A stretch of DNA of 64,000 nucleotides from Octopus sinensis (taxonomy: Eukaryota). The stretch covers positions 173,662,001 to 173,726,000 of the forward strand of contig NC_042997.1 of the NCBI RefSeq assembly GCF_006345805.1, given 5' to 3'. The notes below the pieces were generated by a model. That model did not search any database and had not been told where the DNA came from. It saw only the letters and a program-made list of their open reading frames with translations. Below, piece by piece: positions 13,215 to 27,562 of the stretch. The position numbers and the translations under genes are program-made. Every line of letters starts with the position of its first letter. The stretch's first letter is position 1.

Positions 13215-15040
13215 ATTTCGGGACGGTCATTTTTTTTTTGCCAAACAAGCACACGCACTCGTTTAATACTGTTTTTATTCTAACTCGTCTCGATTGTCCA
13301 GAAATCTTTTGTACGCATTTGTGACCTCCTCAGCAGCACTTTCCGACATCGTGTGTGCTCTCGTTCTGCTTTTTCCATTCTGTTCTTCTATGATTTGTGT
13401 ACATGTGTGTGTGTCATTGTTCTTAGAGGCACTTTGACCCTCCCCTCAGCCCGTCCCCTACCCTGTTGCTGTTGTTGCAACCCTTGGACCCGACATTTTG
13501 TACCGTTCTTATAACTCACTGTGTCTGTATGTTCGCCCACGCTACTGTCATTATGGTAGCTGTTGTTATTGCTGTTGTTGCCATTGTTGTTAGTGTTGTT
13601 GATATTGTTGCGACCGTCTTTGAAGTTACCGTATGTGTGCTTGTGTATGCATATGGGTTCGCTTCTTATGTTGTTTGTATCCATGCCCTTTGTACAGTTT
13701 TATTTTTATGTCTCTAATTTTTGTTGTATTTATCATAGGTGTGTGCATTATATGTGTATTACGCTGTCTATTGTATCTGTTTTTTTTCTCTCTTTAGTCT
13801 TTAGTCGTCATGTTGTGCGATGTGGTGGTGGGTGTTATTGTTCTATTCGTGTTTTCTGTCGAGACTCGGTCTGTCTATTGCTATGTGTATAGCCTCTGTA
13901 ATCTGTCTAAGTGTTGTGTCAGTTCTATGCGTTGATAATACTTTGACCTCTATGCTATTGACTGAGCCTCTATGTTATCCTTGAGCATGTTGGTAGAACA
14001 CTGACGAGCTTTTCTCTTCTTTGAACTCTCGCCAGTGTCCACTTATACGTTTTCCTATGCAGCATGCAGTTTCTCCAATGTAAATAGTTGTCATGCTTCT
14101 GCACCGTCCCTCAGTAGATCGTAAACTATACATTATATTACTGGTCTTACAGCTAACCTATGGGTTCATCCTGCGTACAATACTATTGTTCTCCGTACAT
14201 AGGGATCTTTCGAAGAGATAAGTTCTACAGATCAGGGATTTTATAAAGGAATCAGGCCTTTCTACTACTCTAATCCGTAGATTGGCCTTATCTAATGTTT
14301 TCCTTAAAAAAGTATAGCATCAACGAACATGACAATGATATTTAATTGTCATACTATGAGTTGGCCTTATCTATCTTTTTTCTGGTCCTTTCTGTGCTGT
14401 GCCAGGATTTATTCCTGTATAGCAGGCAGATCCCCTATGAATCACTCTTTGCGATGGCTTTGTACTTAGCCATGACTCCTTTGTACACTCTAATCTTGTC
14501 CCTTTGGACAGAACTGCACGTGGCGGATGAAGTGTTATATGTCTCTTTTCATTTCCATAGGGTCACGCATGCGAGACACATTCCTCATCACTCTCAAGTC
14601 TGCTATAAGAATATTGAACTTGTTGTCCGCAATGGCTGTGTTGTTGTGAACAAGGTATTTAGAGGCCATGGGTTTGGCATAATAGGAGTGAAGGATCTGA
14701 ACCTTATTGTACTTGGTTTCTAACCAGAGTTCCGTGTCTAAAACTGGTAGCCTATAGTTGGGGTGCTTGTTAGGGTACTCTATCGTTACTTTGATATTCT
14801 AGTGGATGGAGTAAGATACTGAGTTAGCTATTTGCTAGATGCCCTTGTGTGTGATCTTGGTACTCGCACCTACAGCATGTGCGACCATCTTTTTAACCTG
14901 ATCATCGTTTTCGGGGGTTCCGTATAGTTCTAGTCCACCCGTTCCATCTCTCTCTAGGAGTTTTCCTAGCCATAGAAGTTATAGTAAGGAGCCTACATCT
15001 TACCGATCTAGTGGGGCAGAAACAACTAAGGTCATGTTCA
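13215..15040 (-). mobile_element. Decayed, internally deleted Penelope-like element (RT thumb plus GIY-YIG endonuclease)
   Basis: Manual minus-strand translation: about 14500-14820 gives IANSV..NIKVTIEYP..RLPVLDTELW..SYYAKPMASKYLVH; about 13840-14160 gives SCKTSNIMYSL..IYIGETACCIGKRISGH..FYQHAQ..RQITEAIHI..PSLDRKHE. Several in-frame stops. Outer boundaries approximate. Confidence 0.85.
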
Positions 15041-15128
15041 TCGAAGTAATAGTTGTCACATATTAGATAATGTTGTACTATTGCCTGAAATAGTCGCGGC
15101 TGGAATGCCTTTAATCAAAAGTCTACAT

Positions 15129-15610
<482 letters not shown>

Positions 15611-16142
15611 TATATCTGAGGTTTGACTTGAGACTGAAAAATAACATTGGTCATTGCTTCAAAGCCAGCAATTTTGAAGGAGGTGTCGGTCGATTCCATT
15701 GACCTCAGCACTTGTTTAGCATTTTATGTTATCGATCACCAAAAGATAAAAGGCTAAGTCGACCTCGGTGGGATTTCAAATCCTAAAGAGCTTGACTGAA
15801 TACTGCAAAGCATATGTTCGACTAATTTAACAACTCTGCCGGCTTGCCGTCTAAATTATCAGCGAGAAAGCGTCTACGTCGTTGTTCAACCGTCAAGAAA
15901 TGGTAGCCGAACCTCCTTCAAATTACATGCTGTCATGTTGAAAGACAGAAGCCACCTGGGATAATGTAGTTCTATGTACACAACGTTCAAAATAAATGTA
16001 CGATAGGATGGCCATAGCTGGAAGACCATTGCTCATTGATGTGTTCAATCAGCAGTTGGTCTGCGATCGAGCAACAATAGTAGCGAAAAGACAACAAAAA
16101 GAAAAAAACAACAGCATCCAGAACAAACTCATTCTCCTTCAG

Positions 16143-16241
16143 TCAGACATATCTTCATCAATTCCTCCATCCACCCCCCATCACCTCAGTAATGTCGGTA
16201 ATGCTAGCCATGGTTTACGACCTTCTTCTGGAAGCAAAGAT
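16143..16241 (+). CDS. Candidate internal exon (99 nt, phase 0-0), SDISSSIPPSTPHHLSNVGNASHGLRPSSGSKD
   Basis: Acceptor CTCATTCTCCTTCAG, donor GTGAGT, length divisible by 3 and no stop; no recognisable domain. Confidence 0.3.
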
Positions 16242-16562
16242 GTGAGTATGATGGTGATGATAGTGGGGTACAGAAGGCATGTTGGTAGGGTTGAACGCTG
16301 TCTTTCTTTCACCAAACTCTTCCATCTTTTCCCTTTCTTCTTTCGTGGTTTGTTTCCGGTATTTCTTCCTATTTTTGTTGTTTGGAATTTTGTTTGGTCG
16401 CCTCACTGTCTGCAATATTCTTTTTCCTGATAACTATGTGGTTATATGGTTATGTGGTTCATTTTTGGTTAGAGATAGATGATTGTGTATCATTTATTTA
16501 GAGGTTTTCATACTTTTTTATAATATGCATATAACATTAAAAGAACAGGGCTGGAGAATCAA

Positions 16563-16692
16563 TATATATACATTATACATACATACATATATAGCCCGGT
16601 CGGTCACGGGGATCACAGTGATATAAATATATATCACTGTGATCACCGTGACCGACCAGGCTATATATGTATGTATGTATAATGTATATATA
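16563..16692. repeat. Near-perfect palindrome (63-bp arms, 2 mismatches, 4-nt loop)
   Basis: 16563-16625 is the reverse complement of 16630-16692. Confidence 0.95.
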
Positions 16693-16724
16693 TATATATA
16701 CACAAATATATATACACAAATAAT

Positions 16725-16755
<31 letters not shown>

Positions 16756-16802
16756 TATATATACACACAAATATATATTATATATCATATATAATATATA
16801 TA

Positions 16803-17090
16803 GGAACAGGGACGGCTGTGTGGTAAGAAGCTTGCTTTCCAGCTACATGGTTCCGGGTTCAGTCCCACTGCGTGTCCCCTTCGGCATGTGTCTTCTACTA
16901 TATCGTCGGGCCGACCATAGCCTTGTGAGTGTATTTGGTAGACAGAAACTGAAAGAAGCTCGTTGTCTATATACGTGTATGTGTGTGTGTGCGTATGAGA
17001 GCGTGTGTTTGTATATGTTTGTGTGTCTGTGTTTGTCCCCCACCCCACCATCGCTTGGCAACCGATGTTGGTGTGATTAGGACCCCTTAA
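16803..17090 (+). mobile_element. SINE family A copy, diverged and 3'-truncated
   Basis: Left arm plus the start of the right arm. Confidence 0.75.
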
Positions 17091-17367
17091 CTTACCCTCA
17101 CTCCCACCAAATTTCAGGCCTTGTGACTATAGTGGGAAAGATTACTTGAACATGAATGCTGGAATTTATTGTTCGATAAACATGTCTAATAACACCGGTA
17201 TATGTCTCAATGTATTTTTTGTATTTGTTGAATTGTTTTAAATAATGCTAATTTGAATTTTCCCCACCGCATAAATATTTTAAAATCAAATTTGTAATGC
17301 CCACTACTTTAAATATGTTAAAGCTAACTTACCCATTTATAATATCGATTAATCTGTTTATCATTAC

Positions 17368-17445
<78 letters not shown>

Positions 17446-18100
17446 GTCTGTCTGTCTGTCTGCCTGCCTGCCTGCCTACCTGTCTGTCTGTCTGTCTGTC
17501 TGTTTGTTTGTCTGTCTAGAGATACTGTGGTCCTAAAGATTTTGCAATTCTGTTACGTAAAAACGTTCGTCTACATGAAAATCAGTGGAAAGTACGCTTT
17601 GCATTACAGAATTCCACAATATGGAAAGATTACTAGGAACGCAATACTTCCGTAATTATTTTTCGAAGAAAATTATAATATTCTCTAAAATTGTTATCAC
17701 AATCAATCTGGATATTCTGTGGAAGTCGATTTTATAACCACGAAAATTTAGCTACCGATTAATGTTACCAAAATGGATGGCCCTTAAAATTAGTGTTATC
17801 AAAATGAATGGCCCTTAAAATTAAAAAAAAGTTTTGTTTATGCACATACATGAGGCCTTTTATACAGCTTTTCTACAGTAAATGAAGTTTTGGATGAAGT
17901 TTCAAATAACAGTGATCAGAAGAGTGTATGTACGCAAACTCGGAAACTATTTTCGACGTTGGCGAAGTTGAAAATAGTAATAATATTCCTACTGTGCAAT
18001 CAAATATAACTGTTTTTAAGTACCGATTCTCCTCCGCAATTTTCTGGCCAAGACTTTAACACATCTTGTGCACCTAATGATTCTATTTTCAAGGATATTA

Positions 18101-18489
18101 CTCTTTTACTTGTTTCAGTCATTTGACTGCTGCCATGCTGGAGCACTGCCTTTAGTCGAGCAAATCGACCCCGGGACTTATTCTTTGTAAGCCCAGTACT
18201 TATTCTATCGGTCTCTTTTGCCGAACCACTAAGTTACGTGGACGTAAACACACCAGCATCGGTTGTCAAGCAATGCTAGGGGGACAAACACACACACACA
18301 TACACATATATACATATACATATATACGACAGGCTTCTTTCAGTTTCCGTCTACCAAATCCACTCACAAGGCATTGGTCGGCCCGGGGCTATAGCAGAAG
18401 ACACTTGCCCAAGATGCCACGCGGTGGGACTGAACCCGGAATCATGTGGTTGGTTAGCAAGCTACTTGCCACACACCCACTCCTGCGCC
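18101..18489 (-). mobile_element. SINE family A copy, full length
   Basis: Both arms; ATATTA on both flanks may be a short TSD. Confidence 0.9.
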
Positions 18490-18510
18490 TATATTAAAGC
18501 TATACATCAG

Positions 18511-18662
18511 ACTTTCTGACATTGTGAGGTATGATCCAAGCGCTAGAATGAGAGATAGGGATTATCATCAACAAACTGGCAGAGAACCCAGGAGAACTAG
18601 CATATATGATGATTTCAGTGGTTACAGCACGCTTGATCCACTTCCTAAATCTCAATCACATC
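18511..18662 (+). CDS. Candidate exon or decayed coding segment, LSDIVRYDPSARMRDRDYHQQTGREPRRTSIYDDFSGYSTLDPLPKSQSHQ
   Basis: Open frame with protein-like, non-repetitive composition; splice signals are weak. Confidence 0.2.
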
Positions 18663-19087
18663 AGAGGTTAAAAGACTGGTATTTCTTGTTCTTAATGATA
18701 GCTGGCTTTCTGCGTTGTCAAAACGCTAGAAAGCTTATCACAAAGTGAATGAAGTAATTGGCTTACTTTATCTGTTACACCTGGAAATGATTTTCAAAAA
18801 AGCCATCAAATCTTGTTGAATCATATCTAGAAAGTTTCGAGAAATGTCTTGGTGAGAAATTTAGGAAGATTACTGAAGTATTTAAAACTGATCTTTCTCA
18901 TCATATAGACAGACAAAAGCAAAACATTTCAGCGTTGCAGTTTTTCCTTCTGTAAACTGATAATTCTGTGGAGTTTCTTTTGCTTTCAAATAACGATAAT
19001 GCCTAAATGAAGCAGTACCATGTATGAAGACGGATTGAACGTTCTCACCGTAATAAGCAAGGAACAAAAGGAAAATAAATATAGATA

Positions 19088-19315
19088 CTCTTTTACTCTT
19101 TTACTTGTTTCAGTCATTTGACTGCGGCCATGCTGGAGCACCGCCTTTAGTCGAGCAAATCGACCCCAGGGCGTATTCTTTGCAGGCCTAGTACTTATTC
19201 TATCGGTCTCTTTTGCCGAACCGCTAAGTTACGGGGACGTAAACACACCAGCATCGGTTGTCAAGCGATGCTGGAGGGACAAACACAGAAACACACACAC
19301 ACACACACATATATA

Positions 19316-19350
<35 letters not shown>

Positions 19351-19512
19351 TACGGGCTTCTTTCAGTTTCCGTCTACCAAATCCACTCACAAAGCTTTGG
19401 TCAGCCCGAGGCTATGGTAGAAGACACTGGCCCAAGGTGCCACGCAGTGGGACTGAACCCGGAACCATGTGGTTGGTAAGCAAGCTACTTACCACACAGC
19501 CACTCCTACGCC
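19088..19512 (-). mobile_element. SINE family A copy, full length
   Basis: Both arms with an internal microsatellite. Confidence 0.9.
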
Positions 19513-20388
19513 TATATTACAAGTATCATCAATATATTCAACGCATGCTACATATTTGTTTCAAATTTTGGCAGAAGGCCAGCAATTGCTGGGGAGGGAT
19601 AAGTCGATTACATCGACCCCAGTTTTCAACTGGTACTTATTTTATCAATACCGAAAGGATGAAATGCCAAGTCGACCTCAGCGGAATTTGAATTCAGGAG
19701 GTAAAGACCGACGAAATACCATTAAGCATTTTGTCCAGCGTGCTAATGATTCTGCCAGCACACCGCCCTAAGACCGTGTTACGTATAAAAAAAAAAACCT
19801 TTTCAGCTGTAGCGTAACCAATGTAAACAGAAGTATAATATATGCTACAGGATATATTAGCTTAATTTGACTTTGGTTCTTGCTCTCAGATTGATGAACC
19901 AAGGAGAAAAATCGTTCATTGTAGCTTTAATATAGTAAATTCATGTACACGGTCCGAATCCGAAAGTATGTGAACTTCAACTGCATCGAAGCAGTTTATT
20001 TACTACCAAGCTAGGTTTTAAAATTGATGTTTTAGCAGGTGTTTTATAATGTCTAACTGTTTCTAGTGTGATGGTATTATTGGTTGGAAAAATTACTTTT
20101 ACAGTTAATTCATGAGTTGTATTAACTGTATGAGTGTATTACAGGGCGTACAGACATAGGCTTGACTATAGACATGTATATACATACACATATATGCATA
20201 TATAACGGGAAGCTTTATGAAAATAGACAAAAGACGAAGGCAGGTGGAAAACAAACAAACAATTGTATTAGTATGCATATATATGTGTGTGTATGCATAT
20301 ATATATATGCATATGTATGTATACATATATATTATATGCATATACATATATATATACACATATATTATATATGTGTCTATATATTTCT

Positions 20389-20436
<48 letters not shown>

Positions 20437-20538
20437 GTGCATGCATATACACGCACAATACATGCACACAGATACTCACTCACAAACACATACATACATA
20501 TGCATTTATATACAGAGACAACACACACACACACATGC

Positions 20539-20571
<33 letters not shown>

Positions 20572-21111
20572 TAGAGTAATGCATACTAAGAAAAAAAAGG
20601 TAACGAACGAAGCTAATTCAAAGTGAAAGGGGAATAAAGGGAAAGCAGTGATAAAGAGATTTTAATAAATGAACTGTATAGCCATATGCAAACACGCGCG
20701 CACACACATAGACACACACTAAGTGGACAGATAAGAAAGTGAGACAAACGGAGGGAGAGAGGGAGAAGGAGAAGGAGAGAGAGAAAATGAAATATATGAA
20801 CTCCCGCCCATGTCTAATTTAATGGGAAAAGAAAGTGGCTGAAACATCAAAGTAAGGGATATTTCTGCGCTCTATCAGGCAAGCCGTCAGGGAAAAATAT
20901 CACCAACTAAGATTTAGCTCGAGCCGTATAATTTACCTCTGCTGGCTGAATCTGGTATAATTTACGGCTGCAACAAGGTAGCTTAATTAAACTATTCAAA
21001 TCATCTCCTCCTTATTCTACGAACGATCTGATACTGGAAGCGTACAGTTGTGTCATTGCGCCACACAAGCGCGCACGTACGTACGCACGCACACAGACAC
21101 ACAGACACACA

Positions 21112-21176
<65 letters not shown>

Positions 21177-21238
21177 TCATACGTAAAGCATATATGCAAA
21201 TATACGTACAGGTACTTTAGTTACACTTACACTTTACA

Positions 21239-21635
21239 CTTTTACTTGTTTCAGTCATTTGACTGCGGCCATGCTGGAGCACCGCCTTTAGTCGAACAAA
21301 TCGACCCTGGGGCTTATTCTTTGTAAGCCCAGTACTTATTCTATCGGTCTCATTTGCCGAACCGCTAAGTGACGGCGACGTAAACACACCAGCATCGGTT
21401 GTCAAGCAATGTTAGGAGAACAAACACAGACACACAAACATATACACACACACTTATATATATATATATATACGACGGGCTTCTTTCAGTTTCCGTCTAC
21501 CAAATCCACTCACAAGGCTTTTGTTGGCCCGAGGCTATAGTAGAAGACACTTGCCCAAGATGCCACGCAGTGGGACTGAACCCGGAATCATGTGGTTCGT
21601 AAACAAGCTACTTACCACACAGCCACTCCTGCGCC
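21239..21635 (-). mobile_element. SINE family A copy, full length
   Basis: Both arms with an internal microsatellite. Confidence 0.9.
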
Positions 21636-23319
21636 TAGTTGTTAGCATTAACCAACAATTTTAGCGGAAAAGATAGACAATGCAGTGTCGGGTTTATACT
21701 CATTCAACATTATAAGATTCGTAATTTTGCTGAGAGGCAAAATGTGGAGACGGTTCTGTGTTCGCAAACAAATATGGTAAAGGGTCCAGGCAATGACTAT
21801 GCTCTAACGAAGTTCATTTTACAATCACGTTTGATCCCCTCTTCGTGGCATTTTGCAAGAATATCTTTCTTCTACAATAGCTTCAGTCAACCAAAAACAT
21901 TGTAAATAAAAACAGTAACCGGAAGTGTGTGGAAACCCGGTCACATGGATTATGCCTCTTGTCTAGTGGCTTACCACTTTGATACCACAATCTGGTCCTT
22001 GAATTCCTTTAACGAGGTTCACTCTGTTAGCTCTCTGATTACGTTGATGATGTGAAATTTTCGACATTTCTTGATGGGCCGTTTCTTACTAGAGTAACCC
22101 ATATAAGTTACGAATTGTGTCTTCTTTATTTCTTGGAGTCTCAGAGATTTTACAAAAGAGAGAAGAGTTTTGCCTTCTCCCCTCTGGTTTTGACAAAATC
22201 ATTTAAAAAGAATGTCAAGACTTTAGAAGAGATATTGTTAAAAGACATGGAGAATAGTTAGGATGATTAGGTCACAAAACGAGAAAACTTACTTCCTTTC
22301 TCGACCAGATTGGAGTTAAAACCTCTGAGATGCGCCTCAAAGAATTTTTCCGATCTGCGACCAGATAACTTGATACATTTCAGATATCGTAACCCTTTAC
22401 TGCCTTGTGTATCACATGTGATATACAGGTCATATTTCACTGACGTTCATCTATCGGGCATGATACACATCCTCTGTATTGTTTCCAATCACCAGACTAA
22501 CTTGAGGCTTATGAAAGGAAAACCTAATATTACTCAGAATATATGAAACAGTGGTTAACTAAAAGTCTGAAAACTAGCACCAACGCTTGAGACAAACTTA
22601 TGAAAATGCTTTTAACAGGCAAAGTATTAAGTCATCTGAGGTTAGTTATACTGTTGATACAATTATAATTTTTCGGATTATTAATCTATGTTAGTCTGAA
22701 CTCCGGTCGTCATCCAGGTTACTATTCCCAAATTTATAAATAGTACCAGACTGCAATCGAACTCGATACATTTATTTCTAAATTTATGAACAGGCAGGCT
22801 CTTATCCACTAGACAACTGATGCTGTTCAAGCAAAACTAATCGGCATCTAGCTGTAGATATTAAACCGTTTTTGATCTCTAAAATGAAGTTACTGGTCAT
22901 GAAATATGATTTGAAATATGGTTTATAAAACAAATATATTTTGCATCGCTTTTCAATCGTATTACAATTTGTCTAGCTTTCATTTTTGAAATTATAACTG
23001 CTATTTTAAAATCAAGTTTCGGTGCATAAATCACTAGCTAGATCATATCTGGATTTGATATTTCTTTCTTCTGATTTCATAAATCCCATATGGAATGACT
23101 TCTTTGTCATTTCGCTAGGATTTTATGAGGGGGAAAATAAATCTAGAATAAATGACATAATATTCCATATGGAAATATATTAATTGATTCTACTAAGAAA
23201 GTATAACTATGCTTGGTCTTAAACAGTTTTGGAGATTTAACGTGATGAAGCTGTGAAACTCACGGGTTCTCCTTAGGGAGCATAACATTAGAGTTCTTTT
23301 AAAGCCATGACAGGGAATA

Positions 23320-23385
<66 letters not shown>

Positions 23386-23387
23386 CC

Positions 23388-23510
23388 TACATGGTTCCGG
23401 GTCAGTCCCACTGCGTGGCATCATGGGCAAGTGTCTTTTACAATAGCCTCGGGCCGACCAAAGCCTCGCGAGTGGATTTGGTAGACGGAAACTGAAAGAG
23501 GTTCGTCGTA

Positions 23511-23547
<37 letters not shown>

Positions 23548-23797
23548 GTGGGTGGGTGTGTGTATGTGTGTGTATGTGTGTGTATGTGTTTGTGCGTCTG
23601 TGTTTGTCCCCCCACATCGCTTGACAACCGATGCTGGTGTGTTTACGTCCCCGTAACTTAGCGGTTCGGCAAATGAGACCGATAGAATAAGTACTAGGCT
23701 TACAAAGAATAAGACCTGGGGTCGATTTGCTCGACTAAAGGTGGTGCTCCAGCATGGCCACACTCAAATGAGTGAAACAGGTAAAAGAATAAAAGAG
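23388..23797 (+). mobile_element. SINE family A copy, 5'-truncated
   Basis: Starts at CATGGTTCCGG directly after (ATCT)n; tail GTAAAAGAATAAAAGAG. Confidence 0.85.
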
Positions 23798-23845
23798 TAA
23801 CTAAACCAAGTGCTTTTAAGATTGCTTTTTCTATTATTATCTTTA

Positions 23846-23897
<52 letters not shown>

Positions 23898-23919
23898 TAT
23901 TATTATTATTATCATTAAT

Positions 23920-24225
23920 CCCTCTCAACACATGGCTATGATGCTCCCCTACTACTTCTGCTCGTGATCAGAGATGCACATATCGTCAGCCAGTAAGGGA
24001 CATGCTCAACTGGTTAAGGTCAAACAACTGACAAGCAAATCTGTGGTATTGAGCAGAATATTTGCTGTAGCCCATCTTTTATATCAAGACAAAACAATGT
24101 ACATGATAACACTTCCAATCAGTTAAGATCAGAAGCCATGAGAGCCACTGCCTGGTACTGCATCAGGGCATTTATTATTATTATTATTATTATTATTATC
24201 ATCATTATTATCATTATTATTATTA
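23920..24225 (+). mobile_element. Probable retroposon 3' fragment ending in an (ATT)n tail
   Basis: Non-AT-rich ~250-bp block ending GCATCAGGGCATTT(ATT)n; family not identified. Confidence 0.45.
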
Positions 24226-25096
24226 TGTCTATAAAGTGACGAGTGTTTTGATAAATATCATATTCCAACAATAGCTCAAATCGGTAATGGTCACGGCTAG
24301 AAGGTATCTGATCATAGGACTTCTCAAACAGGGATGACCTAGGGCTAAAAGACAGGAGGCATTTAAAACAAAAACAAACAAAAAAATACGACAACGAGGA
24401 AATACAAACAAAGAAACAAAATACCAGGTGGCGCCACTGATAAAAATATTTCAGAAGTGTAATGGCTGTTATATTGTTCTCTGAACTACGATAATGTCCA
24501 GTTATGTTGAATATGATGAATTAAAAGCTTACGAAGGAATCTAAGGATAAAAGGATGGTTGGTGATGGGTGGGTGGGATGAAGAATGTAGGTAGAAAAGA
24601 AGAGGGGGAGAGAGAGGGGGGTAAAGATGGAAATACATACACATACACACATGCAAATATATGTGTGGATGTATGAATGTGTGTGTGTATGTCTGTATAT
24701 AAACGCACAGAAATACACACACATATACATATATATTATATAATATATATATATACATACATATACACACACAGACATATATATAAGCATATATACCTAT
24801 ACACAGACATATTACATATATACATACATATACTTATACACACGCACAGATATATACGCATACATACATCTATACATTATAAATACATATACATAAATAC
24901 ACACACATATATAGGTATGTATATATATATGTGTGTGTATATATATGTATATATATATACATACAAACATACAAATACATATACATACAACGCACACACA
25001 TATATACATATACATACATAAATATATATTTACCGATAAATATAATGTATATTATATAATATACATATAGATACATACAAGAATACAAATTTATAC

Positions 25097-25131
<35 letters not shown>

Positions 25132-25734
25132 CGTATATATATACATATATATTTATATACATATATATTTATATACATATATATTTATATATAAACATAT
25201 ATATATTTGTATATATATACATATATATACATATATATGATACGCACAGACACACAGGCACATTCACACACACACAAATACCAAGTAAACATAACACATA
25301 CATATACACACACACATAGAGGTTACAAAAGATTAATTGTCAAGCTAGAGAGAATGGAGAAACGAGCCAAGTGTCATATAACTTCAAACGAATGAAAGTG
25401 ACGGTTATAAACGGGTGTCATTTCAAATGATTTTCTCCGGAGCTTTGCCAAGTCAAGTAAAAAAAAAAAAAAAACAGGGGAGGGTGAGAAAAGTAAAAGT
25501 AAAAGGAAACGAAACGAAATATAATGTAAAGTAAAAATTGACGAAAAGGTGAATAAAACAACACGCGACATCCTTACAGATAGCAAACAGCTTTATACAT
25601 TCAGATACATTATTTTTTTCTTCAGTTTTCGAACTAGAAAATCAGGCAACTGGTTGTTGTAGTGTCTATTGATGCTGTTGTTGTTGTTGTTTCTGTTCTT
25701 CTTGTGATTCTTGATGTTGTCATTATTGCCGAGG

Positions 25735-25957
25735 CTCTTTTACTCTTTTATACTCTTCTACTTGTTTCAGTCAGTTGACTGCGGCCTTGCGGGATGGAGC
25801 ACCGCCTTTAGTCGAGCAAATCGACCCCACGACTTATTTTTTGTAAGCCTAGTACTTATTCTATCGGTGTCTTTTGCCGAACCGCTAAGTTACGGTGACG
25901 TAAACACACCAGCATCGGTTGCCAAGCGATGTTGGGAGGACAAACACTGACACACAA

Positions 25958-26007
<50 letters not shown>

Positions 26008-26157
26008 TTACATTTACATATATGCGACGGGCTTCTTTCAGTTTCCGTCTACCAAATCCACTCACAAGGCTTTGGTCGACCCGAGGCTATAGTAGAAGAC
26101 ACTAGCCCAAGGTGCAACGCAGTGGGACTGAACCCGGAACCATGTGGTTGGGAAGCA
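25735..26157 (-). mobile_element. SINE family A copy
   Basis: Both arms; head end truncated. Confidence 0.85.
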
Positions 26158-26718
26158 TGTTGGTGTCTTTGATTTTTTTCTGTTGTGGTTGTTGTTGTTA
26201 AGCCCCAGGTTAGGTCATTATGAGCAAATCTATGATCATAGGTGATCCAACCGTGACAGTATTCGGCGTTCCTGCAATACACCTACGCTGAGTAAGAAAA
26301 AAACTGCCATTCAATATTAACGCTGCTTCTGTCGCAAATATTTATTTTTAAAAAGCTTGGTGGCTATTTGCGATATCAGTGACCGAAAACTCACTGTTAT
26401 TCTATATATCGTTGGCAGTGACATTTGGCTGGTGATCGGAAGCCTTCCACTAAAGATACTCAATAATATGATCTGGTCGCTCCAGCGCCCATGCTAGACG
26501 ATTCTCTTCTGCTGCAATATATATCTGTGCTCTTAGCACCGCTCGTCTGTATGAGAGGCGAATATCGCAGTATTCAGCGTTCTAACAATAAATTCACGTT
26601 AAGTAAGATATAAAGAATTTTCTTTGCCTTTTCCTTTCATTTTTTTTTTGATGTAGTATATATATATGAAGTACTGCATCATCATTCAATGTACCTTTTT
26701 TTCTTCTGTCATCATAAG

Positions 26719-26838
26719 ATACGTGCTCTCCTGTGCAAGACATTATATTGCATCTGCTGGCGATGCTCCAGCTCCGGGATTCAATCGAATATAGTTACTC
26801 CTTATCCACAACTTATGCCCAGATTCGCTACGGAACAA
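26719..26838 (+). CDS. Candidate internal exon (120 nt); two open frames: IRALLCKTLYCICWRC...FATEQ or xTCSPVQDIILHLLAMLQLRDSIEYSYSLSTTYAQIRYGT
   Basis: Strong pyrimidine-tract acceptor (CCTTTTTTCTTCTGTCATCATAAG) and consensus donor CAA|GTAAGT; length divisible by 3. Confidence 0.35.
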
Positions 26839-27524
26839 GTAAGTAGAACTTGTCAAACAACTGAAAATGGCCTGCAGTTAATACACATAGTACTCGAAAG
26901 AGTACTGTGTGCCTTAGATATGTATCACACAACTCCACAACTGTGTGGACATGCCCTGGTGTCATGTGAACTAGCTGTCTTGTTTAAGGGATAAATAGGC
27001 CCTGCATTTCAAGTGTAAACTCGAGAGAGCTGGTGATTGGTACAGCAAGCTCTAAGTAAATCAATAGAAGGCGACATCAAATCACTGCTGTATCTTTCTA
27101 TAGAAAAATCATGAGTTTTCAGATTCTGTATGGCGGTCCATGATCAGTGACGCCTGTAAATATGACAAATGAAGAAAGAGGGAGAGAGAGAAATGAAGAT
27201 TTGTGATATAAAGGGAGGTTTTGGCCTGTAGATTATGCTGGTTGAGTGAATGTGTTGAGCGACGTAGTTGACAAATAGTTATGTGGTTGTATTATTTTAA
27301 GTCAGCCCTGGCCGAGGAGACCTGTAATTCAAAGCATACCAGCTATGACCATCAATGAATGCACTTTTTCCATCAATAAACGCGCTTTATCCTCGTGAAG
27401 AGAGCTACTAAGAAAATAATCCATGGGAGCTGAAACCAGTTCTTATGTGACAAGAGATCGCAGATGCACCTCTTCTGCACTCATGCGAAGCGTACACGCT
27501 AAGGAGCAAAACATATATATATAT

Positions 27525-27560
<36 letters not shown>

Positions 27561-27562
27561 CA

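Noticed and set aside
13215-13335. Possible hammerhead at the Penelope 3' end (minus strand CTGAGGAGGTC...GACC..GAAAT)
   Set aside because: An extra GTCCC separates stem II from GAAA, and there is no convincing stem I or III; at best degenerate.
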